A stretch of 60,120 bases of DNA, from positions 1 to 60,120 of the forward strand of contig JAVZNE010000008.1 of NCBI GenBank assembly GCA_038882975.1, given 5' to 3'. Below are positions 38,112-45,754 of the stretch, piece by piece. This DNA is from Candidatus Bathyarchaeia archaeon (GTDB lineage Archaea; Thermoproteota; Bathyarchaeia; Bathyarchaeales; Bathycorpusculaceae). The notes below the pieces were generated by a model. It was not told where the DNA came from, did not search any database, and saw nothing but the letters and a program-made list of their open reading frames with translations. How positions within the stretch are numbered: position 1 is the stretch's first letter; every line of letters starts with the position of its first letter. A program made the translations under genes and the position numbers.

Positions 38112-38366
38112 TTAAGCCCTTGCTACAAATTTGCCATCAACATAAAGCTTAATATGAGGAACGAAAACACCGCTTACTTTAATCATTATTTCATGAACTT
38201 CTGTTTCTCCAATTTTAAAGTTCAATATTTTCGTTATACCCCAATGCCAAGTGTCGCTTACCCTTTTACCATTAATGTCAACTCTTAGCTTGCCGGTCCA
38301 CATGGAATAAAACACGTAAATTTCATGCTTCTCCTTTTCACCTACATAAAACCTTCCTTCAACCAT
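38112..38366 (-). CDS. Small beta-rich hypothetical protein
   Basis: Internal repeat GEKEKHEI/GETEVHEI, ..VDINGK/..LYVDGK. Confidence 0.65.
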   Translation of the reverse strand: MVEGRFYVGEKEKHEIYVFYSMWTGKLRVDINGKRVSDTWHWGITKILNFKIGETEVHEIMIKVSGVFVPHIKLYVDGKFVARA

Positions 38367-38664
38367 GTCCTTTAGGCCTCAGCATTCTGATAACCGCTAC
38401 GGTGGCTGTGGAAAGGAGTAGTCCAGCTACGGCTGAAGCCATACCTAGCCCTATGTTTATGTAGCCGGTTTCCGTTATCATGGAGCCTAATATAAAGCCC
38501 CCTACAGTTGAGCATACGATGACTATGAATTCTTTGATGGCTTTGTATTTCCATGCCAATATTCCGGCCACGACAAGTATTATGAAGACATAGAATAGCG
38601 GTGTGACTCCCCCAAAGAATGGAGCTTCAGGTTCTGGAGGCGGAGGTGGCTCTTGCACTATCAT
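38359..38664 (-). CDS. Small membrane protein
   Basis: Three hydrophobic segments, N-terminal PPPPP. Confidence 0.65.
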   Translation of the reverse strand: MIVQEPPPPPEPEAPFFGGVTPLFYVFIILVVAGILAWKYKAIKEFIVIVCSTVGGFILGSMITETGYINIGLGMASAVAGLLLSTATVAVIRMLRPKGHG

Positions 38665-39157
38665 CTTTAACCCTCATTTTTAACCGTAGATAAGAATCTC
38701 TATTATTGACTTGTAAAGTCTTATGCTTTGTGACTACTCTCTGGTCTATAACTGTTGGAGCTGAAACTGAGTATTCACCCCTTACATCTTGAAGCCATTG
38801 CGTATCAAATTCAGCTTTGAAAGCTTTAGTTTCTCCTGGAGCTAAATATTCACTTGTTTGCTTAGTCCCATATAGCCCGTTAACATCATAGAGATAGTGT
38901 GTTACCGTAAAGGTTCCTCCATAGGAATCTATGTTCTTGATTGTAACCTCTGATATATGGTAGGTTCCTCTCACAATATCCCAGCTTTCCCTCAAAGTTG
39001 CAGAAACAACTTCATATTGGCATTCTCTGTTATAGGGTTCTGTTTCGCTATAAGTCACATCAACAGGTATTAGCGGAACGAAGAGAACGACAACCACCAC
39101 CGCAAGGATGGCAATTCCCACGATTACCTTTTTATAACCTTTTTTTGCTTCGCTCAT
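38627..39157 (-). CDS. Membrane-anchored Ig-like hypothetical protein; probable frameshift near the 3' end
   Basis: N-terminal TM, VTIKNIDSYGGTFTV..LAPGETK; alternative frame gives YKSIIEILIYG-stop at 38680. Confidence 0.6.
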   Translation of the reverse strand: MSEAKKGYKKVIVGIAILAVVVVVLFVPLIPVDVTYSETEPYNRECQYEVVSATLRESWDIVRGTYHISEVTIKNIDSYGGTFTVTHYLYDVNGLYGTKQTSEYLAPGETKAFKAEFDTQWLQDVRGEYSVSAPTVIDQRVVTKHKTLQVNNRDSYLRLKMRVKDDSARATSASRT

Positions 39158-39233
39158 ATTCTGAACTCCTAAAATAGAATTGAATGGTGCATTCTAAATA
39201 AAACTTTTCGGTTAAAAAGTCAAAACCGCAAAA

Positions 39234-40415
39234 CTATTCTTCGGCAACCCATTCAGGGTGTTTCTCTTTAAACTTTTCCATTATTGGGTCCCTTCCTTTC
39301 AATATGTCTTCTATGGCTTCTTCTGTGAACCATTTTTCTCTAGAACGCAGGCTTAAACGTAATGCGTTCTCAAGCCTTTCAAGCCTTTGTTTTAGGGCCT
39401 TTAACTCCATATCTTTTTCTCTCAAAATTTGGTGAATCTCCATTAGGCTTATAGGTGAAGGCTCAAATATGCGTAGGTATGGGTAGCCTTTAGCGTATTC
39501 TTGCCTATGCCTTTCAACGTCTCGAGTAATATAATGGGCGTCAACGCCTAGGCTGTGGCCCATCCAGAAACGCACATAGGAGCTGTCAGCCCTAATGTTG
39601 TTGCGGAAGTATTTTCTTAAAGCGTGCATTCTAACGCTTTTTGGCTTTCCGCCCCGGGACCGGTCAAGGCCTAACTTTTGAACTATTCGGTTGAATTTAA
39701 CGCTTAAGCTTGCCACACTAAACTGTTCGCCCTTAACCTTGCCGGCCTTCTCGCTTGCAAAAACGTAATCATCATCCTTTAACGGAAGCCTACGTTTCAA
39801 ATACTCGCTTAACTCTCGGAATCCATCCTCGCCTATAAATGTGAAGCGGTCTCCAACATGGTCTTTTAGGCTTGAACTTGGCAATATTATACGCATTGGT
39901 ATGCGTTTAGCCTCAAAATCCTCTTTTATCTGCCAATAGCGAAGGTTTACAGCTGTTTCGGCCCTCATTCCACTTTCAGCCATGACAAGCCAAATAACAC
40001 GGTCCCTTGGGCTTGCAAACGTTAAAATCTGCCTAATCTCGTCCCTGGTTAAATCTCGATTATGATAGACAACACAGGCCCTTTTTGGCAATTCAACCTT
40101 AAGCGGAATATCCCAATACTTGAAGAAGCTTCTAACGGTAGCCATAAAATTTTTTACCGTTAAAGGAGCCAAACCCCTACGTTTAATGTGGGTGTGGAAG
40201 GCCCTAACAACATCTTGCCACCTGTCAAGGAAATCCTCTTTTTCGGCCTCTCCCAACCTTTTGGCCCTACGCCAATCCTCAACAACACTTTCAAAGTTTA
40301 AGCCTCGGGCCCTACAGAACTCGGCGAAGGCCTTAATCTGGTCAGAATAGCTTTCAAGCGTCTTATCGCTTTCACATACGCTTTGAAGCCAATCCTCAAT
40401 ATAATGGCTCTGCAC
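39234..40415 (-). CDS. Tyrosine recombinase/integrase of element 2
   Basis: SGMRAET (R), HALRKY, MGH, AHY catalytic residues; GTG 40415 with GAGGCGA RBS lies inside the att boundary. Confidence 0.92.
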   Translation of the reverse strand: MQSHYIEDWLQSVCESDKTLESYSDQIKAFAEFCRARGLNFESVVEDWRRAKRLGEAEKEDFLDRWQDVVRAFHTHIKRRGLAPLTVKNFMATVRSFFKYWDIPLKVELPKRACVVYHNRDLTRDEIRQILTFASPRDRVIWLVMAESGMRAETAVNLRYWQIKEDFEAKRIPMRIILPSSSLKDHVGDRFTFIGEDGFRELSEYLKRRLPLKDDDYVFASEKAGKVKGEQFSVASLSVKFNRIVQKLGLDRSRGGKPKSVRMHALRKYFRNNIRADSSYVRFWMGHSLGVDAHYITRDVERHRQEYAKGYPYLRIFEPSPISLMEIHQILREKDMELKALKQRLERLENALRLSLRSREKWFTEEAIEDILKGRDPIMEKFKEKHPEWVAEE

Positions 40416-40432
40416 GTTTTTCGCCTCAAATG

Positions 40433-40460
40433 TGTATTCAAAATATAGATTCAAAATCCA
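40433..40460. repeat. attR of element 2
   Basis: TGTATTCAAAA-TATAGA-TTCAAAATCCA. Confidence 0.75.
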
Positions 40461-40514
40461 GATTTTAAATATTTCGTTAAGATTCATAAGTTAGTTAAAT
40501 ATGCTTAGCCTATC

Positions 40515-40724
40515 TTGTTGCGTGAATTGGAGGAAAACCCCTTGAGTAAAAAGTTAACTCCTAAACAAAGAAGGGAAATAAAAGCTAAAATGGCTAGGGC
40601 CCTCAAGGATAATATTAAGGTTCTTTCGGCAGATTTTCAAAAAATATTGATAGATGACTTGGTTACAGCATTTCAAAATAGAATGAACGTGTTAATGCGA
40701 GTACAAGCTAAAAGGAGCTATTAA
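40515..40724 (+). CDS. Small hypothetical protein
   Basis: Basic helical ORF, FQKILIDDLVTAFQNR; start uncertain. Confidence 0.6.
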   Translation: MLRELEENPLSKKLTPKQRREIKAKMARALKDNIKVLSADFQKILIDDLVTAFQNRMNVLMRVQAKRSY

Positions 40725-40807
40725 TGGAGACTAAATAGGCAGAAGACGTAGTTTGAATCCATAAAAGCTTTATATAAATTTGGGGGAAATATGGCAAAGA
40801 GGTTTGG

Positions 40808-41104
40808 ATGATGAGGCGCTCCAAGCTTGAAATGTATATAGACATTCTTAAAGTGTTGGCTCATCGTGGTCCATTGAAGCTGACGCATATCATGTATAAG
40901 GCTAATGTTAACTGCAGCGTCTTGAAGGAGTATTTAGACTTCCTGATTAAGCAGAACCTTGTTGAGGAGCGAAACATTGGCAAGCGAAGAGTTGTTTATG
41001 CCATAACCCAGAGGGGCATAACTGTTCTAAAGCATTTCAAAGAGCTTAAGCAGGTTTTGCCAATAGTGGAAGAAGCCAGAAATAAAGCTCCAATACCATA
41101 TTAA
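40808..41104 (+). CDS. Archaeal winged-helix regulator (HTH_45/DUF4364-like)
   Basis: RRSKLEMYIDIL, THIMYKANVN, YAITQRG. Confidence 0.88.
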   Translation: MMRRSKLEMYIDILKVLAHRGPLKLTHIMYKANVNCSVLKEYLDFLIKQNLVEERNIGKRRVVYAITQRGITVLKHFKELKQVLPIVEEARNKAPIPY

Positions 41105-41283
41105 CCGTTTTCTCTTTGGCAAAATTTTCGCATCTTAATTTTGTTAGCTTAGATTCTGTTTTGGCGTTTTGGTTTTGTAGGTTTGCATCTGTTTGTGAAT
41201 CATTATGAGTGTTTCGTAAGACTTAATAAACTCTTTACCCCACTACCATATGTACACACGTAAAACACAACGGGGAAACCACA

Positions 41284-41661
41284 GTGTCCAGCCAAGAAGT
41301 TCTCGGAAAGAAGCCCCTACAAATCCTAGAAAAGATAAGGGAAAACCTCGAAAAACTAAACGAGAAAATGGAAATAATGATCGAACTGCAAAAACATGGA
41401 AGAAGAGATATACAAACAATTCCCAAAGAAGCCCCGCTGGACGTTATGACCCTCCTATCCATGCCAGACCATCTACGGAAGACAGCCATGACCGTCTGTA
41501 GGCTTGGGCGGGCAACAGCCAACGAGGTTGCCCAGCAGACTCACAGAGCAAGAGCTGTGGAAAGCGCCTACCTAAACCAGCTTGTTATTATGGGCTATCT
41601 TAAGAAGGAACGGAAGGGGCGGAAAGCCTACTTTTACGTTGAGAAGGAGAGCCAGGGGTGA
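41284..41661 (+). CDS. HTH transcriptional regulator
   Basis: LPDHLRKT-like segment, ATANEVAQQTHRARAVESAYLNQL, RKGRKAYF. Confidence 0.8.
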   Translation: MSSQEVLGKKPLQILEKIRENLEKLNEKMEIMIELQKHGRRDIQTIPKEAPLDVMTLLSMPDHLRKTAMTVCRLGRATANEVAQQTHRARAVESAYLNQLVIMGYLKKERKGRKAYFYVEKESQG

Positions 41662-42440
41662 AAACCTTGGGCAGGATTGTAGCAATCCACTCCTACAAGG
41701 GTGGAACAGGGAAAACCCTGCTTTCAATTAATTTGGCTGTCACTTTAGCTAAGCATGGCAAGAAGGTGTGCCTCTTAGACTTGGATTTTAGGGCGCCGAG
41801 CCTCGCCACCCTCCTAAATGTGAAGAAAGTCGATTATTGGCTTAACGACTACCTTAATGGAGTTTGCGAAATAGATAAAGTTCTAATAGATTTAAGCGAA
41901 AGAATAGCCAACCAAGGAAAATTTTTTGTTGGCTTGGCCAACCCGTCTGTGGAAGCTATTAGGGATATGTCCTCAAAGGATAGGAAGTGGGAAATGAGAG
42001 CCCTTGGAAGGCTGCTTTCCCTTAGAAATTCGCTTTTAAATGCCAAGGGCTTTGACTATATAGTTTTTGACACGAGTCCAGGCTTGCAGTACTCATCAAT
42101 AAACGCCATTGTAAGCGCCGACGTCGTTATAGTGGCATCAACTCTTGACAACTCAGATGTTGAAGGAACAAGGCGAATGCTCCGGGACCTTTACGACCTA
42201 TTTGAAAAGAAAACTGAAATTGTTCTAAACAAGATTTTGTATGACGACTCCCTAAGGTCTGGAATGGAAAAATTGCAGGCTTTGGTCAAGGAAACCTACG
42301 AAGTCCCGCTTTTAGGGGTTATTCCATGCTTCTGCGACATTTCAAGGGCTGAGGGAAAAATAATCTTCGTTCATGAAAAGCCCGACCACCCCTTCACAAG
42401 GATACTGGACGAGATGGCAGCAAAAATAGATAGGATGTAA
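41658..42440 (+). CDS. MinD/ParA family ATPase
   Basis: SYKGGTGKT deviant Walker A, DLDFRAP, FDTSPG, LNK. Confidence 0.88.
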   Translation: MKTLGRIVAIHSYKGGTGKTLLSINLAVTLAKHGKKVCLLDLDFRAPSLATLLNVKKVDYWLNDYLNGVCEIDKVLIDLSERIANQGKFFVGLANPSVEAIRDMSSKDRKWEMRALGRLLSLRNSLLNAKGFDYIVFDTSPGLQYSSINAIVSADVVIVASTLDNSDVEGTRRMLRDLYDLFEKKTEIVLNKILYDDSLRSGMEKLQALVKETYEVPLLGVIPCFCDISRAEGKIIFVHEKPDHPFTRILDEMAAKIDRM

Positions 42441-42450
42441 AGGGTAAAAT

Positions 42451-42570
42451 CTAACGCGTCACAAGCTTATTCACTAATTGGTATACTTTGCAGTTTTTGC
42501 ATTTTTCATATTCCTTCTCGTCGCATTGCCCACATATTATCTTATTCAACTCTTTGATTTCGGAATTCAT
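42451..42570 (-). CDS. 39-aa Cys4 microprotein
   Basis: MNSEIKELNKIICGQCDEKEYEKCKNCKVYQLVNKLVTR; GGAG upstream; below the ORF-track cutoff. Confidence 0.55.
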   Translation of the reverse strand: MNSEIKELNKIICGQCDEKEYEKCKNCKVYQLVNKLVTR

Positions 42571-42724
42571 TAAATCTAAACTCCATTCTCGATAAAATCT
42601 TGGCAAAATCTATGTATAGCCTATATTCCACTTTGGGAATATTCTAAAACTTTTTCAAAGATAAAGCTTATAGAATCCAAAAACATTTTCATATGCAACG
42701 AATCAAGAAGGAAAGCATTGACCA

Positions 42725-43339
42725 TTGGATAATTCGGCAATAGTTTTAGCCGGAGGGGCTTCTAAAAGATTCGGCTATGATAAAGGGTTAGCTCCGCTGG
42801 CTGGCAAGCCCCTAATAATGCATGTTTTAGACGCCTTGGAAAACGTTGTCGATGAAAAAATAATTGTTGCAAGCTCAAAGGAGCAAGCCGAAAAGTTTGC
42901 AAAAATCCTAAAGCCAAACATTAAAATAGCCATTGACCAAAGCCCTCTCCAAAGCCCCCTTGTGGGTGCATTGACAGGCTTTAAAGAAGCTTGCAGCGAG
43001 TATGCACTTCTGCTTCCATGCGACACGCCACTGGTTTCAAGGGAGATCCTAGCACTTATTTTAGAGCTGTGCGTGGGCAAGAATGCTGTTATTCCCCGCT
43101 GGCCAAATGGTTACATGGAGCCTTTGCATGCGGCTTATCGTGTTAAGCCAGCTTTGGAGGCTGCAGAAGCCGCTTTGAAAGAGGGAAAAATGGACATACG
43201 TTCCATGGTTGAGAAGCTTCGGAGCATACGTTACGTTTCAACCCTTGTCTTTCAGCAGTTTGACCCGCAGCTTAAAATGTTCTTTAATGTTAACACGCCT
43301 TTGGATTTGAAGAGGGCTGAGTCGATGCTTAAAGGCTAA
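42725..43339 (+). CDS. mobA: Molybdenum cofactor guanylyltransferase
   Basis: LAGGASKRFGYDK, PCDTP, EPLHAAY, FFNVNTP. Confidence 0.92.
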   Translation: MDNSAIVLAGGASKRFGYDKGLAPLAGKPLIMHVLDALENVVDEKIIVASSKEQAEKFAKILKPNIKIAIDQSPLQSPLVGALTGFKEACSEYALLLPCDTPLVSREILALILELCVGKNAVIPRWPNGYMEPLHAAYRVKPALEAAEAALKEGKMDIRSMVEKLRSIRYVSTLVFQQFDPQLKMFFNVNTPLDLKRAESMLKG

Positions 43340-44637
43340 ACTTTGCCAATGGTTTTGGCGTAATCCTCTGTTGCTTGGAAGAGTTTTTCAATGTCGGCGT
43401 CTGTGTGGGCTGCACTTATTGATCCAAAATGTGTTGGGAGGAAGAACACCCCCCTCGCAATTAGGTTTAGGTGGTATTCTGCAAGCCTCTTTCTATCTGC
43501 CTCGAAGGCATCTTTGGCATTCTTGATTTGTTTGCTTGTAAAGTGAGTGTTGAGAATGGAGCCTGCGCCAGAAACTTGGACATTTACGCCTTTAGCTTCA
43601 AATATTTCCCTTAACGTTTCTCTAACTTTTTCACCAGTCCTATTAAGCCTTGAAATTATGCTTCCATCTTCAAGGGCCTTTAATACCGCTAGTCCAGCTG
43701 CCATTGTGATGGGGTTTGCACAGAACGTTCCGCCATGAAATGAGAAGTTTGGGCGTTCGTACATGAGCGGGTTTAGGCGTTCCATTATTTCGCGTCTTCC
43801 ACAGAAGGCGCCTACAGGGAAGCCTCCACCCAATATTTTTCCGAGAACTGTTATGTCTGGTAAAACACCATAATATTGTTGGGCTCCTCCTGGCGCGAGC
43901 CTAAACCCTGTAATCACTTCATCATAGATTAAGAGGATACCCTTTTCCTCGCAGATTTCCCTTAAGCCCTTAAGGAATTCCTTTTCCGCTGGGATGCATC
44001 CGCCGGCGCCTAAGGCTGGTTCAACTATAATTGCTGCCACTGACTCTTTCTTGGCTTTTGTTTCCACGTCTTCTAGGTCGTTGAAAACTGCCAGCACCGT
44101 GTCTTGCGTTGCGCCAGTCGTCAGTCCGGCTGATTCTGGAACATCGAAGGGGTATTTCACGCCCACGTGAAGCACATCGTAGCCTCCGTGCCATCCCCCT
44201 TCAAATTTTATTATTTTGCTCTTGCCAGTGTAGGCTCTTGCTAGGCGTATAGCGTACATGTTAGCCTCTGTCCCAGAATTAGTGAAGCGCACCATCTCGG
44301 CGCTTGGAACCATCTTCACGACTTGTTCAGCGAGCGCCACCTCAAGCTCGTGGGACGTCCCAAAGTGGATGCCATTTTCCACTTGCCTCTTAACAGCCTC
44401 CACAACTACTGATGGGCTGTGCCCCAGTATGTGGGCGCCATGCCCCATCCAGTAATCGACGTACTCGTTCCCATCAACATCGTAAAGCTTGCTCCCCTTG
44501 GCCCTTGCTGTATAGAACGGGTATGGCTCAAAAAAGCGAATTCCGTAAGAGACCCCTGCCGGAAGAACCTTTTTGGCGCGCTCGTATAAAGCCCTAGACT
44601 TCTGAGTTTTTGAAACATAACTCTCCAACATTCCCAA
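43336..44637 (-). CDS. hemL: Glutamate-1-semialdehyde aminomutase family (class III PLP aminotransferase)
   Basis: PAGVS, DVDGNEYVDY, NSGTEA, DEVITGFR, LGKILGGGFPVG. Confidence 0.8.
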   Translation of the reverse strand: MGMLESYVSKTQKSRALYERAKKVLPAGVSYGIRFFEPYPFYTARAKGSKLYDVDGNEYVDYWMGHGAHILGHSPSVVVEAVKRQVENGIHFGTSHELEVALAEQVVKMVPSAEMVRFTNSGTEANMYAIRLARAYTGKSKIIKFEGGWHGGYDVLHVGVKYPFDVPESAGLTTGATQDTVLAVFNDLEDVETKAKKESVAAIIVEPALGAGGCIPAEKEFLKGLREICEEKGILLIYDEVITGFRLAPGGAQQYYGVLPDITVLGKILGGGFPVGAFCGRREIMERLNPLMYERPNFSFHGGTFCANPITMAAGLAVLKALEDGSIISRLNRTGEKVRETLREIFEAKGVNVQVSGAGSILNTHFTSKQIKNAKDAFEADRKRLAEYHLNLIARGVFFLPTHFGSISAAHTDADIEKLFQATEDYAKTIGKV

Positions 44638-44922
44638 TACCCTTCCTATAATGCCATCAGATTTTGAACCAGATCCCTTATTATAGTTTCTACGACATCT
44701 TGCGGGTTATCATAAAAGAGCATAGAAAAATTTTTAAATATTCAGTAAAAGTTGTTATTTTTTGATTTTATTACGTTAATTTCTTCGGTTAGAATTTTTA
44801 AAAATGACGCAAATAATATAATCTTTGTGATTTTTAGAAAAAAATGTAAAAATTTAACTAAAATTTGTTTATTTTCAATTTCAAAAAAATAAGAAGTGTA
44901 AAATTCTGTTTCAAAAATGATG

Positions 44923-45195
44923 TTAGCCGATTAACTCAACGATGGTTCCGAGGGCTTGTCCAGGTAAGCCCTTTCTGAATCTCGCTCTAACCAAGCCCTT
45001 CTTGCCATGCAAAGCTACAATTTCACCTACAATCTTGTTGTTTTTGCCCGTTTTCCAGGCTACTTTTCGCCCGATAAGTCTGCTGGCTTCAGAGACTGTT
45101 TTCGCGTTTGGGAACTGGATTATAAACTCCTTTGACCTCTGGGTTTTTGGTCCAACCCTATAGTTGACAATAACCCCTTTAATTGGACTTGTCAA
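44923..45195 (-). CDS. rpl35ae: 50S ribosomal protein L35Ae
   Basis: LIGRKVAW, HGKKGLVRARFRKGLPGQALG. Confidence 0.93.
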   Translation of the reverse strand: MTSPIKGVIVNYRVGPKTQRSKEFIIQFPNAKTVSEASRLIGRKVAWKTGKNNKIVGEIVALHGKKGLVRARFRKGLPGQALGTIVELIG

Positions 45196-45266
45196 GGCTG
45201 AGCCCTCCCTTTCAAGGTATTTTTGGAAAATTATGTCAAAATTTTAAATCTGTTTCGCTTCTTAGC

Positions 45267-45710
45267 TTAAGGATTGAAGTTTCCCCTGTCGCGTTTTAGT
45301 ATGCGCACCTTTTCCGGAATTTTGTCCGCCTCCCGGTCCGCCCATTTTATCTCTTTAAATACCCATTTTTTGCCTAGGTGAGCTGCAACAACAGCATGTT
45401 TATGCTCCTTGTCTAGTGGTATAAGTTCGTCGAGGAATCTGAAGAGCTTCTCTATTTGCTGTTTTGGAAAATACGCATAATAGCCAGCATTTTTAACTTC
45501 GAAAGCGTAGACGTGTAAGCCTTTTCTGGCTACAACGTCTGGCAGTGGGTTCAGGCTTGGGTTGCTGACGGGTATGCGGACAGCATTATAGCCGTTTTTC
45601 TGCAAAAGCTTGACAAGAACGTTTTCGCTGTAGAAGCCTCTCTTGCGCCATCTTCGAATAGCCTCCTTATCAACCTCTCTAACCATTGGCGGCTTCACTT
45701 CAAACAACAA
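45267..45710 (-). CDS. Hjc-like Holliday junction resolvase / PD-(D/E)XK nuclease
   Basis: RGFYSE, GYNAVRIPVS, PDVVA, AFEVK. Confidence 0.75.
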   Translation of the reverse strand: MLFEVKPPMVREVDKEAIRRWRKRGFYSENVLVKLLQKNGYNAVRIPVSNPSLNPLPDVVARKGLHVYAFEVKNAGYYAYFPKQQIEKLFRFLDELIPLDKEHKHAVVAAHLGKKWVFKEIKWADREADKIPEKVRILKRDRGNFNP

Positions 45711-45754
45711 AATATGGTGAGCGATAGGGTTAAAGCTGTTTCCCTAAAGCAAAA

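Larger units (their letters stand above)
33965..40451. mobile_element. Integrated element 2 (~6.5 kb; SF3 helicase, integrase) in a dif-like site
   Basis: Direct repeat AATATAGATT at 33965-33974 and 40442-40451; the rejoined host flanks form TGGATTTTGAA-TATAGA-TTCAAAATCCA. Confidence 0.85.

Noticed and set aside
40416-40487. ORF-track N-terminal extension of integrase 2 across attR, suggesting an SSV-type split integrase
   Set aside because: In the reconstructed attP the same frame has a TGA just beyond the core, and an internal GTG at 40415 has an RBS. All catalytic residues lie inside the element.
44640-44920. Very AT-rich intergenic region as a chromosomal origin
   Set aside because: No recognisable ORB repeats and no adjacent cdc6/orc1 gene.
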